Below are positions 1 through 9,026 of a stretch of 46,290 bases of DNA, in pieces; positions within the stretch are counted from its first letter, which is position 1; the number at the start of each line of letters is the position of its first letter. The position numbers and the translations under genes are program-made. The notes beneath the pieces are model-generated. The model was not told the origin of the DNA and made no database searches. It worked only from the letters and a program-made list of their open reading frames with translations. Source of the DNA: Anaerolineae bacterium (lineage in GTDB: Bacteria > Chloroflexota > Anaerolineae > CG2-30-64-16); NCBI GenBank assembly GCA_025454635.1, contig JALOOB010000013.1, positions 1 to 46,290 of the forward strand. The letters run 5' to 3'.

Positions 1-285
1 CGCGAGCCGGCGGACGATCCGCGCGTGCTCGCCATTGCGGAGGCCGCGCGCGAACTCGTCGCCAAGCGCGATGCATGGCTTAACCCGGAGGGCGCGAGCG
101 AGGCCGACCTGGCAAAGCGCACGCTCACCAACCTCTACAACGAGCGACCGACGTGGCTGCGGCTGGCGCACGACAAGCTCGACCGAGCGGTCCTCGATGC
201 CTACGGCTGGCCCCACGACCTGCCCGACGAGGACATTCTCGCGCGGCTGCTCGCGCTGAACGGCGAGCGCGCGGCCACCGCCTAA
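1..285 (+). CDS. C-terminal fragment of an MmeI-like (type IIL/IIG) restriction-modification DNA methyltransferase; 5' end lies outside the window
   Basis: Frame 1 is open from base 1 to the stop at 283-285. The tail ...[35 protein letters not shown]... matches the conserved C-terminal motif (NLYN-RP-WL..AH..LD.AV..AYGW) recalled for MmeI/PglX-like methyltransferases. Confidence 0.5.
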   Translation, partial: REPADDPRVLAIAEAARELVAKRDAWLNPEGASEADLAKRTLTNLYNERPTWLRLAHDKLDRAVLDAYGWPHDLPDEDILARLLALNGERAATA

Positions 286-337
286 CTTCCCCGGACAGGC
301 CCCCCCATTAAACGCGCGCAAAAACCCGCACGCGCAA

Positions 338-366
338 TTGACGCTCCTCGTCGCTCGTGCTATCAT
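338..366 (+). promoter_or_regulatory. sigma70-type promoter for the amylase gene (TTGACG - 17 nt - TATCAT, with TGc extended -10)
   Basis: ttgacg at 338-343, 17-nt spacer, tgc+tatcat at 358-366. About 125 nt upstream of the ATG at 498. Confidence 0.5.
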
Positions 367-497
367 CCGCGTCACACCATTGTGCCAGTATCGAATCGGA
401 TAGGCCTCAACCGCCGGCGGGACGGGAGGAGGCTGTCACGTGACCCCACGCGCGCTCAACCTCACATCGATCGTGCTGATTGAAAGGAGTTTCATTG

Positions 498-3400
498 ATG
501 AAGCCCAGGCGTCCTCTGTTCATGACCCTCAACCTTCTCACCCTCCTTGCGCTGCTCTTCTCCTTTGCCGCAGGCGTCGCGCCAGCTCACGCCACTTCAG
601 TGGCGCCCGCGCCCCCCGCGGACCACACGCCCGACCCGATCAGCGTTGCCGTCGTCGGCTCGCTCCAGAGCGAGGCGTCGGGCGGCGCATGCGGCGACTG
701 GGACCCCGCCTGCGCGGGCGCGTTCGCCGCGGGGCAGGGCAACCTCGTCTACCTGTTCAACTCGGCCCCCATTCCCGCAGGCGCATATGAGTACAAGGTG
801 GCGCTCAACGGCTCGTGGGCCGAGAACTACGGCGGCAACTTCCAGCTGGACGGCCCGAATATCGCGCTCAATCTGGCAGCCGCGCGCGCCGTCCGCTTCT
901 ACTACGACCACAAGACGCACTACATCGCGGACAACGTCCGCAACACGATCTACACCATCCCCGGCTCCTTCAACGACGAGCTTGGCTGTTCGGGCGACTG
1001 GCAGCCGGAGTGCCTCCGCACCTTCATGAGCGACGTGGACGGCGACGGCGTCTTCACCTTCGTCACCGAGGCCATCCCCGCCGGCTCCTATGAGTTCAAG
1101 GTGGCGACCAACGAGTCGTGGTCGAACCCGAACTACGGCGACGGCGGCGGCCCGAACAACATCGCGTTCACTGTCCCCGGCGCGGGCTTCCGCGTGGCCT
1201 TCACCTTCAACACGGCAAACAACGCGCCCGGCGTGACGGTCACCTCGCTCGGTCCCAAGCCCGACAACAATGTCGAGTGGGATGGGGTGCGCCACGACTC
1301 GCGCGACCTGCTCTACCGCACCCCCGGCGGCGCGGTCACTGCGGGCACGCCCGTCACGCTGCGCCTGCGGACGTTCCATAACGACGTCACGGCGGCCACG
1401 CTGCGCGTGTACAGCGTGAACGCGAACGGCCAGTCGCTGCACCCGATGGCGCTCGAAGCGAGCGATGTCTCCTGCTACGAAGACGCGCTGGCCGGTGACA
1501 CGTGCGATTACTGGACCGCCACGTTGATGAACGAGGCGGTTGACAACATCTGGTACCGCTTCCTCGTCACCGACGGGACCGACACGGACTATTACGCGGA
1601 CAACACCCCTGCGCTCGACGGCGGCCCCGGCGCGATGAGCGACGAGCCGGTCGACAACAGTTACGCGCTGACTGTCTACGAGCCGAACTTCACCACGCCG
1701 GCCTGGGCCAAGCGCGCGTACATCTACCAGATCTTCCCCGACCGCTTCAGGAATGCGCGCACCGGCAACGATCCGCGCAACGGCCAGGCGCGCTACGACG
1801 ACCCGGTGATACGGCTGCCGTGGGGCACGCTGCCCGAAGGCTACTGCCGCAACTACGCGGACGCGGCGACCAACTGCCCGTGGCGCTTCGACGCCACCCC
1901 GCCCGACTGGAGCCCGACGAAGGAAGGCCCGCGCGGGCGGGACTACTTCGGCGGCGACCTGCTCGGCGTGACGCAGAAGCTGTCGTACCTGGATGAACTG
2001 GGCGTCTCGACACTCTACTTCAACCCGATCTTCGCGGCCAAGTCGAATCACCGCTATGACACCGCGGACTACATGCAGATCGACCCGAACCTGGGCACCT
2101 TCTGGGATTACCAGTCGCTCGTCCGCTCCGCGCGCAACCGCGGCATGAACATCGTGCTCGACGGTGTCTACAACCACATGTCGTCGGACAGCCCGACCTT
2201 CGACCGCTACCGCTACTACTCGACGGTGGGCGCGTGCGAGTCGGCCAGTTCGGCGTGGCGCACGTGGTTCTACTTCCGCACGCCCACAGGCCTCGAACCC
2301 GCGCCGTGCGTCCCGTCGACCCCTGGCGGCGCCGACACCTACTATAACGGTTGGTTCGGCTTCGACAGCATCCCGGTGATAAACAAGGACCTGCCGTCGG
2401 TGCAGCAGTACTTCCTCACCGACGCGAACAGCGTCACGCGCTTCTGGCTCAGGACGGGCATCGGCGGCTGGCGCATGGACGTCATGGGCGACTCCTCGTT
2501 CCCCGCGGGCTACTGGGAGACGTTCCGCCAGGTGGTGAAGGGCGAGAACCCCAACGCGGTCATCATCAGCGAGACGTGGCAGAAGGACACGACGCTGCTG
2601 CGGATGCTGCGCGGCGACCGCGCGGACACCACCATGAACTACCGCATGCGCGATGCGGTCATCGGCTACCTCTCGCCCAATGCGGCGTGGGACAGCAAGG
2701 GCTTCGCGGACAGCGGCCGGGTGCTCGCGCCGAGCGAGTTCCTCAGCCGGCTCGCCTCAATTCAGGAGGACACGCCCGCGCCCGCCTATTACACCATGAT
2801 GAACCTGCTCGGCTCGCACGACACCGAGCGCATCCGCTGGACGCTCACGCCCGGCCAGGAAACGCGCCAGGAGAAGGAGTTGAACCTGGCCAACGTCTCC
2901 GTGGGCCGCAAGCTGGTCCGCATGGCTTCCCTGATCCAGTTCACCCAGCCCGGCGCCCCCACCGTGTACTACGGCGACGAGATCGGGCTGACCGGCGACG
3001 ATGATCCCGACGACCGGCGCACCTTCCCGTGGAACCAGGCCAAGTGGCTGACCGACCTGCGCGCGCACTACAAGCGGCTCGCGTCGCTGCGGAAGAGCTC
3101 CTCGGCCTTGATCGATGGCGACTTCCGCCCGCTGCTGGCCGACGATCAGGCGGGGACGGCCGCATACGGCCGCAAGTCCGGCTCGCAGGCCGCACTGGTC
3201 GCGCTGAACCGTTCGCCGAACAATGTCATTGTGACCATCCCGGTCGCGGGCTACCTGCCCGACGGCGTGACGCTGGCGGGCAAGCTCGGCGCGCAGGGTG
3301 GGTTCACGGTGCTCAATGGGCAGGTGTCGGTCGCCCTCGCCCCGCAGACCGGCGCGCTGCTGATGACCGGCGACATCGACCTCACCCCGACCGACCCGCC

Positions 3401-4673
3401 CGCGGGCCTGGCGGTGACGAACGAGGGCGACGCGATGGTGAGCCTGTCCTGGGGGCCTGTGGCGGGCGCCGCGTCCTACAACGTCTACCGCAGCCCGGTT
3501 AGCGGCGGCGGCTGGGTCAAGGTGAACGCGGCGCCGGTGACGGGCGCGACCTTCACCGACACCGGGCTGGAGAACGGCCGCGCGGTCTACTACGCCGTGA
3601 CCGCGGTCGATGCGGCGGGCAACGAGAGCGCGCCGTCGGACGACGTGGCCGCGATCCCGCATTATCAGATCGGCTGGGCGAACCTCCAGTGGCCGCCCAC
3701 GATGAATCACACGATCAGCGTCACCGACCGCACCGACGAGGCGTACGGCCAGGTGTGGATCGATGGCGTGACGGGTCAGCCCGGCCCGACGCCGACGCTG
3801 ATGGCGCAGCTTGGCTTTGGCCCCGCTGGCAGCAACCCGCAGGGCAACGCGGCGTGGACGTGGGTCGACGCGGGCTTCAACGTGAATGCGGGCAACAACG
3901 ACGAGTTCAAGGCGTCGATGCTGCCGCAGGCAGTGGGCGCCTACGACTACGTCTACCGGTACTCGACCACGGGCGGCCGCGACTGGCTGTACGCGGACCT
4001 GAACGGCCCGGTGGCGGCGGGCGCGGCGCCGGCCAACCCCGGCAAGCTGACGGTGAGTCCGAGCGGCGACACGACCGCGCCTGCGACGCCGGCGAACCTC
4101 CTCGTGACATCCACTTCGCCGTTCGCGGTGAACCTGGCTTGGACCGCGGTGACCGGCGATGCGACGCTGTACGGCTACGAGGTGCTCCGGTCGGCCACGG
4201 CGGGCGGTCCGTACGCGACGATCGCCACGGTGACGACGAACAGTTACGGCGACGCGACGGTGGCCGAGGGCGCGAGCTACTACTACGTGGTGCGCGCGCT
4301 CGACACGTCGTTCAACCGCTCGGGCAACTCGAACGAGGTGAGCGCGACCGCGGCTGCGCGGACCGTGTCTGTGACGTTCAACGTGACGGCGCCGGACACG
4401 CAAGGGCGCACGGTGCACATCGCCGGCACGCTCTCGCGGCTCGACGGTGGGCTGGGCGACTGGAATCCCGGCGGCGTGGCCCTGACGAAGGTGAACGACA
4501 CTCTGTGGACGATCACGCTGACGGGCAAGGAAGGCACGCAGATCGAGTACAAGTACGCGCTCGGCTCGTGGGACTATGTGGAAAAGGACAACGTTTGCGG
4601 CGAGGTCGGGAATCGGATGCTGACGCTGGCGTACGGCGCGAACTGGCGCAACGTGGCGCCGTGCGGGAACTAG
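498..4673 (+). CDS. Secreted multidomain GH13 alpha-amylase/neopullulanase-like enzyme: signal peptide, two tandem Cys-containing starch-binding-like modules, amylase N-domain, GH13 catalytic domain, two FN3 domains, C-terminal CBM20-like module
   Basis: ORF 480..4673. AAAGGAG lies 8 nt before the ATG at 498, so that ATG is preferred over the TTG at 480. Signal peptide ...LLFSFAAGVAPAHA. GH13 motifs: YQIFPDRF, DGVYNHMS, GWRMDVMGD, IISETWQ, LLGSHDTER. Duplicated GDW..C..YEYKV modules. FN3-like 'YNVYRS...YYAVTAVDAAGNES' and 'YEVLRS...YYYVVRALDTSFNRS'. CBM20-like tail. Confidence 0.9.
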   Translation: MKPRRPLFMTLNLLTLLALLFSFAAGVAPAHATSVAPAPPADHTPDPISVAVVGSLQSEASGGACGDWDPACAGAFAAGQGNLVYLFNSAPIPAGAYEYKVALNGSWAENYGGNFQLDGPNIALNLAAARAVRFYYDHKTHYIADNVRNTIYTIPGSFNDELGCSGDWQPECLRTFMSDVDGDGVFTFVTEAIPAGSYEFKVATNESWSNPNYGDGGGPNNIAFTVPGAGFRVAFTFNTANNAPGVTVTSLGPKPDNNVEWDGVRHDSRDLLYRTPGGAVTAGTPVTLRLRTFHNDVTAATLRVYSVNANGQSLHPMALEASDVSCYEDALAGDTCDYWTATLMNEAVDNIWYRFLVTDGTDTDYYADNTPALDGGPGAMSDEPVDNSYALTVYEPNFTTPAWAKRAYIYQIFPDRFRNARTGNDPRNGQARYDDPVIRLPWGTLPEGYCRNYADAATNCPWRFDATPPDWSPTKEGPRGRDYFGGDLLGVTQKLSYLDELGVSTLYFNPIFAAKSNHRYDTADYMQIDPNLGTFWDYQSLVRSARNRGMNIVLDGVYNHMSSDSPTFDRYRYYSTVGACESASSAWRTWFYFRTPTGLEPAPCVPSTPGGADTYYNGWFGFDSIPVINKDLPSVQQYFLTDANSVTRFWLRTGIGGWRMDVMGDSSFPAGYWETFRQVVKGENPNAVIISETWQKDTTLLRMLRGDRADTTMNYRMRDAVIGYLSPNAAWDSKGFADSGRVLAPSEFLSRLASIQEDTPAPAYYTMMNLLGSHDTERIRWTLTPGQETRQEKELNLANVSVGRKLVRMASLIQFTQPGAPTVYYGDEIGLTGDDDPDDRRTFPWNQAKWLTDLRAHYKRLASLRKSSSALIDGDFRPLLADDQAGTAAYGRKSGSQAALVALNRSPNNVIVTIPVAGYLPDGVTLAGKLGAQGGFTVLNGQVSVALAPQTGALLMTGDIDLTPTDPPAGLAVTNEGDAMVSLSWGPVAGAASYNVYRSPVSGGGWVKVNAAPVTGATFTDTGLENGRAVYYAVTAVDAAGNESAPSDDVAAIPHYQIGWANLQWPPTMNHTISVTDRTDEAYGQVWIDGVTGQPGPTPTLMAQLGFGPAGSNPQGNAAWTWVDAGFNVNAGNNDEFKASMLPQAVGAYDYVYRYSTTGGRDWLYADLNGPVAAGAAPANPGKLTVSPSGDTTAPATPANLLVTSTSPFAVNLAWTAVTGDATLYGYEVLRSATAGGPYATIATVTTNSYGDATVAEGASYYYVVRALDTSFNRSGNSNEVSATAAARTVSVTFNVTAPDTQGRTVHIAGTLSRLDGGLGDWNPGGVALTKVNDTLWTITLTGKEGTQIEYKYALGSWDYVEKDNVCGEVGNRMLTLAYGANWRNVAPCGN

Positions 4674-4685
4674 CGTAGGCGCGAA

Positions 4686-4724
4686 AGACCTGACAGGTTT
4701 CCAGAACCTGTCAGGTCTCTTTTC
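4686..4724. terminator. Bidirectional intrinsic terminator between convergent genes
   Basis: Perfect 14-bp inverted repeat agacctgacaggtt (4686-4699) / aacctgtcaggtct (4705-4718) with 5-nt loop, followed by cttttctt. Confidence 0.8.
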
Positions 4725-5276
4725 TTATGCGCGCTTGCGCAGCTTCAACTCGGGCGCGAGCGGGGCCGCCTGTGGCTGCGCCGCCCGGTTCACCCGCATC
4801 TGCTCGCCCGCCTGATGCCGCGCGAGCTCCCCTTCCCACTGGATCTTCTCAAACGCAGCCTGCATGATCTCCGACGCGCCCACCGCCGACATGATGGTGA
4901 CGAGCGTGCGCGTCAGGTTTGGCGCGAAGCACATTCCGTAGACCAGCAGGGCCGAGATCCACGTGCCGTTGCAGATGGGGCAGGCGATCATCTCGCCCAA
5001 TGCCTTTTTGAAGCCGGTCGCGTCGCTGCGCGCCTGCGTGGTGAGGCCCGCGCCGCTGTCGTGCGGCACAGTCTCGACGACGGGCGCGCGGTACGTCTCC
5101 ATCACCTTGTCATAAGCCAGCATCCGCGAGAGGCGGAACGTTGCCAGCGCCAGCAGCCCCCAGTCCTTCAGCCCAATCTGGCCCGGCCGTCGCCACCAGC
5201 AGAAGAGCGCCAACGCGACATTGAAGATGCCCGAGAGTGCGACGTAACCTGCCTTGTCGCCAAACTTGCTGTTCAT
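4725..5276 (-). CDS. DUF1360 family membrane protein
   Basis: ORF 4725..5288. GAGGAAG Shine-Dalgarno lies just upstream of the ATG at 5276 (MNSKFG...). LATFRLSRMLAYDKV and CPICNGTW motifs are typical of DUF1360. Hydrophobic segments present. Confidence 0.7.
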   Translation of the reverse strand: MNSKFGDKAGYVALSGIFNVALALFCWWRRPGQIGLKDWGLLALATFRLSRMLAYDKVMETYRAPVVETVPHDSGAGLTTQARSDATGFKKALGEMIACPICNGTWISALLVYGMCFAPNLTRTLVTIMSAVGASEIMQAAFEKIQWEGELARHQAGEQMRVNRAAQPQAAPLAPELKLRKRA

Positions 5277-5440
5277 TCGCTTCCTCACACGCCTTTACAG
5301 GGTCATTGCAATACAACGTGAGCTTACAAAGAGAATGCGCCGCCGCGTGTTGGGCGCGTTCCCGTTCCAAGGTTGCCTTAAGGTTGAGCCTCGGGCGCCG
5401 GTGACGAAGAGCTCCACCCCGAAGCCTAACGGCGCGCCGC

Positions 5441-6277
5441 CTACTCCAAGTACACCCTAACCCCCTTCAGCGAGTACACTGGCACCCAGGGGAACAGCAC
5501 CGGCACGGTTCGGACGTACTCCTGGTACGCGGGCCGCTCGCCGTAGCGCTTGTCTTGCGCGTGCTCCAGCCGCTTGGTGGAGCCCATCATGATCAGCACG
5601 ATGCACACCCAGCCCATGAGCGCAAGGACGATCCGCAGCGGCGAGGTGAGAAACGCGGCCGCGGCGATCAGGCTGCCTGTCCACACCATGATCTCGCCTA
5701 GGTAGTTGGGGCAGCGCACCCAGCGGTACAGCCCGATCGAAGTGAAGCAGTCGGCGCACGCCCGTTTGAGCGCGCTTTTCTGCCGGTCGGCTACCGCCTC
5801 GATCACGACGCCCGCGGCCATTAGCCCGAGGCCGAGCCACTGCGCGAGCAGCGCAAGCCCGGCGAGCGGCCGCGCGTCCGCCGCGGCGAAGAGCGCGGGC
5901 GAGAACATCGCCACGTAGAGCAGCGATACGCTGATCCAGATGGGGAGGCGTTTGGGCCATGGCAACCGTCGGTCGGTGGCTTGGTTGCCCTCAAGCTGGC
6001 TCTTGTAGACCGTCTGCCGCTCACGCTGCGCCACGTACACGCCGAGCCGGATGCCCCACGCGGCAAGCAGCAGCAGTTGGAGCGCGGCGGGGAGGGTCAG
6101 CCGGCCGCGCAGCGCGAGCGCAGTGGCCGCGGCCATCGCAACGATCGAGAACGCGTAGCCGATGCTGACAAAGTAGACCACCCGGATGAAGCCGAGCGCT
6201 GAGACGAGCAGGCTGATGCCCAGCAGCCAGGGCGTGAGCGGGGGCAGTGATGCAAGCTGCGATGAGATAAACTGCAT
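5441..6277 (-). CDS. DUF1295 / steroid 5-alpha-reductase-like (isoprenylcysteine carboxyl methyltransferase-like) polytopic membrane protein
   Basis: ORF 5441..6433. AAGGAG lies 9 nt before the ATG at 6277 (MQFISSQ...). Multiple transmembrane segments. C-terminal GLYRWVRCPNYLGEI motif. Confidence 0.7.
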   Translation of the reverse strand: MQFISSQLASLPPLTPWLLGISLLVSALGFIRVVYFVSIGYAFSIVAMAAATALALRGRLTLPAALQLLLLAAWGIRLGVYVAQRERQTVYKSQLEGNQATDRRLPWPKRLPIWISVSLLYVAMFSPALFAAADARPLAGLALLAQWLGLGLMAAGVVIEAVADRQKSALKRACADCFTSIGLYRWVRCPNYLGEIMVWTGSLIAAAAFLTSPLRIVLALMGWVCIVLIMMGSTKRLEHAQDKRYGERPAYQEYVRTVPVLFPWVPVYSLKGVRVYLE

Positions 6278-6377
6278 AGCGCGATACTCCTTGCGCGATC
6301 CCTTGCCAGGATGAATATGCCGCGTTCTGACACGCGCCTGTGATATGCTTTGGGCGCACGACCGAACGGAGGACCGA

Positions 6378-6994
6378 ATGATTGTACTCGACTTGAAGAG
6401 AGACCTCAAACATCTGTATGCGCCCTCGGCCAAGGCGCCTGCGCTCGTCGACGTGCCCGCGCGCTCGTCGACGTGCCCGCGCTGCAGTTCGCGGCGGTCG
6501 ATGGCGCGATCGAGCCAGGCAGCAACCCCGACCTCTCGCCCGCGTTCGCCGCCGCGCTGCAGGCGCTCTACGGCGTCTCGTACACGCTCAAGTTCGCGCT
6601 TAAAAAGCGCGCGGCCGACCCGGTCGACTATCCGGTTATGCCGCTCGAAGCGCTGTGGTGGATCGAGATGATCATGCAGCCGGACGTCATCACGCCCGAA
6701 CTATTCGCGGACGCGGTTGCGGTCGCGCGGAAGAAGAAGGGCGACTCGGAGGCGTTCGACCGCATCCGGCTCGAGACGTTCCGCGAGGGGCTGTGCGTCC
6801 AGATGATGCACGTCGGCCCCTACGCCACCGAACCGGCGACGAAGGACAAGATGGAAGCGTTTGCGCGGGAGCAGGGCTACGAGTTCACAGGCAAGCACCA
6901 CGAGATCTATCTGGGCGACCCGCGGCAGGCCGACCCCGCGAAGCTCAAGACGGTGCTGCGGTATCCCGTAAGGCGCGCGGCCGGCAGCGAATAG
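6378..6994 (+). pseudogene. GyrI-like small-molecule-binding domain protein, frameshifted by a 20-bp tandem duplication
   Basis: GGAGG 5 nt before the ATG at 6378 gives MIVLDLKRDLKHLYAPSAKAPALVDVPA (frame of ORF 6345..6671). The family continues as LQFAAVDGAIEPGSNPDLSPAFAAALQALYGVSYTLKF... in the frame of ORF 6350..6994. Deleting one copy of the 20-bp repeat joins the two frames exactly. Confidence 0.8.
6441..6480. repeat. Perfect 20-bp direct tandem duplication (gcgctcgtcgacgtgcccgc x2)
   Basis: 6441-6460 and 6461-6480 are identical. The length is not a multiple of 3. Confidence 0.95.
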
Positions 6995-6999
6995 ACGAG

Positions 7000-8733
7000 T
7001 TACGACGAGTCGCTCCGGGTGACACGCGTATTCGCGCCGGATTCGTGGCCGCCGCCTACGCCCGCGCCCGGATTCATAATCCCGTTGGGGTCGAAGTGCC
7101 GCTTCAGCGCGCGGAGGACGGCCATCTCTTCGCGGCCGAGGAACCGCTCCATCCACGGCGACATGAGTCGGCCCACGCCGTGATGGTGCGACGGGGAGCC
7201 GCCCGCCGCCACCATCGCCTCGATCAGGCCGTTCCGGTACGCGACGTAATCCTCAAGCTGCCCCTTCACCGCGAAGATGAAGTAGAGGTTGGTCCCATAG
7301 GGGTAGAAGTGCGACATGTGGCTCATGCAGAAGGAGCCGGGCACGGTCGCCGCGTGGGCGAGCACCGCGTCGTGGATGCGATGCAGGTTGTCCCACTTGA
7401 CGGAGGTCTCGACCGTGTCCATGACGATGTCGTAATCCGTCACCGCCTCCGCGATGAGGTAGGAGGTGTAGCGGTCGCGCTCCCACTTCTTTGCCTGCCG
7501 CCCCGTGATCGTCATGCCTCCCGCGGCCCGAGCGAGCGCCCCCACCTTGCTGCGCACCAGCTTAGTGAAGTCGCGCTCGCCCTCCACCGTGCCCAGGCAG
7601 ATGCAGCGCTTTCCGGGCAGGTAGCCGCGCTTGCGGAGCACCCACTCCACCGCAGGGGGCTGCGGGTACATCTGGAAGCCGTGCTCCGTCTCGATCGCGT
7701 CGGAAATGCGGAACACCGCGGGCAATCCGAACTGCCCTTGGCACACCTCGCGCGCGAAATCCACGGCGCGCGTCCAATCGGGGAAGATATAGCCGAAATA
7801 GCGCCGGTTACCGGGCAGATAACGGAAGATTTTGACGGTTAATTCCGTGATAACTCCGAGCGCGCCCTCGCTGCCCTTGAGCATGTCCAGGACGCGCGGC
7901 CCGGTTGCGGTGGCGGGGTAGTCGCTCGTGTTGATAATGCCGTCAGGCGCGCCCGCCGGGCTGATCATCTCCACCGCGAGGACGAGGCTTGCAGCGTCGC
8001 CATAGTAGGTCGACGCCTGCCCGCTGCCCATCGTCACGAACCAACCGCCCACGGTGGAAATCTCGAACGACTGCGGGAAGTGGCCCTGCGTGAAGCGGTG
8101 GCGCGTCCCGAATAGTTCGGGCGCGCGGTTGAGCGCGTCCTCCAGCGCCGGTCCCAGGCACCCCGCCTCGACCCGGCAGGTGTGGTTCAGCTCGTTGACC
8201 TCCAGCACGCGGTTCATGTGGGTCGACATGACGAGGGTGACGCCCGGCTGCTCGGGCAGGAAGCTCTTGTTGACGCTCGACCCGCCGCCGTAGACATAGA
8301 GGGGGACCCGCGCCTCGTCGCACAGGGCGACGATCCGGCGCACGTCCGCTTTGCCGCGCGGGTGCACCGCCGCGCAGGTGACTTCGTGTAGCTCCCCGCG
8401 CTTCAGCCCAACCACTTCCTCCATGAGCTTGCCGTACGAGTGTTTGACGCGGCTATACGCATCCGTCTCCACGTTCTCCGCCCCAACGATTTCGCGTAGC
8501 GAATCAAGAAAGGCGGGGTCGAGGGGGCAGGCGGGCGGCTCCGCGACGGGGAGGTTGCCGTCGCGCTTCGTCTCGAAGAACTCCGGCGCGAGGTCAAGCT
8601 CGTGGCGCAGTTGCGCGAAGTAGCGCGCGGAGGGGAGGACGACCTGGTCCGCCCGGCCCATTTTGGCGATGGCGCGGTAGGTGCCGGGTGCCGGCGGGGT
8701 GGCTGTCCAGTCGGGGGTGAAGTCGTCGGGCAT
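7000..8733 (-). CDS. FAD-linked oxidase (FAD_binding_4 + FAD-oxidase_C; alkyldihydroxyacetonephosphate synthase/glycolate oxidase-like)
   Basis: ORF 7000..8748. GAGGAGG lies 6 nt before the ATG at 8733 (MPDDF...). PRGKADV..IV..., YVYGGGSS and C-terminal HHHGVG...LKRHFDPNGIMNPG motifs. Confidence 0.85.
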   Translation of the reverse strand: MPDDFTPDWTATPPAPGTYRAIAKMGRADQVVLPSARYFAQLRHELDLAPEFFETKRDGNLPVAEPPACPLDPAFLDSLREIVGAENVETDAYSRVKHSYGKLMEEVVGLKRGELHEVTCAAVHPRGKADVRRIVALCDEARVPLYVYGGGSSVNKSFLPEQPGVTLVMSTHMNRVLEVNELNHTCRVEAGCLGPALEDALNRAPELFGTRHRFTQGHFPQSFEISTVGGWFVTMGSGQASTYYGDAASLVLAVEMISPAGAPDGIINTSDYPATATGPRVLDMLKGSEGALGVITELTVKIFRYLPGNRRYFGYIFPDWTRAVDFAREVCQGQFGLPAVFRISDAIETEHGFQMYPQPPAVEWVLRKRGYLPGKRCICLGTVEGERDFTKLVRSKVGALARAAGGMTITGRQAKKWERDRYTSYLIAEAVTDYDIVMDTVETSVKWDNLHRIHDAVLAHAATVPGSFCMSHMSHFYPYGTNLYFIFAVKGQLEDYVAYRNGLIEAMVAAGGSPSHHHGVGRLMSPWMERFLGREEMAVLRALKRHFDPNGIMNPGAGVGGGHESGANTRVTRSDSS

Positions 8734-8765
8734 AGCGCGCCTCCTCATCGATGACGGTTGCCGGG

Positions 8766-8774
8766 ATTATAGCA
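8766..8774 (-). promoter_or_regulatory. Extended -10 element (TGcTATAAT) upstream of the FAD oxidase gene
   Basis: Minus strand reads ggTGcTATAATccc about 33 nt upstream of the ATG at 8733. No convincing -35. Confidence 0.3.
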
Positions 8775-8867
8775 CCGATGGAGCAGTCACGCCGTCGGTT
8801 GCCGCCACGGTGACGATCTGTTGCGATGTCGATGAACAGCGGTCTTTGCCCAAAGCGGCGTTGGCGT

Positions 8868-9010
8868 TTCTCAGAAGCTGTTTGAAAAAGGCGTCTGTCT
8901 TCCGCAGACCGCCCGGCGATCAATCGCCGGGCTTCTGAACGGCGCCGCGTAAACGGGGCTGACCCGCCCCGACAGCCGGGTCAACGCCTTTTCAAACAGC
9001 TTCTCAGAGA
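8868..9010. repeat. ~140-bp element bounded by ~25-nt inverted repeats (MITE-like or a large 3' stem-loop downstream of gltB)
   Basis: Left arm tctcagaagctgtttgaaaaaggcgt (8869-8894). Right arm acgccttttcaaacagcttctcagaga (8984-9010). Core of 21-22 nt identical in reverse complement. Inner perfect hairpin gcccggcga-tcaa-tcgccgggc (8911-8932). Confidence 0.65.
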
Positions 9011-9026
9011 CGTCTAGCGCGGCCCA

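Noticed and set aside
597-4418. Long antisense or alternative-frame ORFs overlapping the amylase gene (597..2177 -, 2757..4418 -, 3689..4678 +, and others)
   Set aside because: Their translations are Arg/Ala/Gly/Pro-rich and low in complexity, as expected of shadow ORFs in high-GC DNA. The + frame from 498 carries clear GH13 motifs.
8594-8938. ORFs 8594..8923 (-) and 8681..8938 (+) in the gltB/FAD-oxidase intergenic region
   Set aside because: They span the promoter and the inverted-repeat element. No ribosome-binding sites, and the composition is not protein-like.
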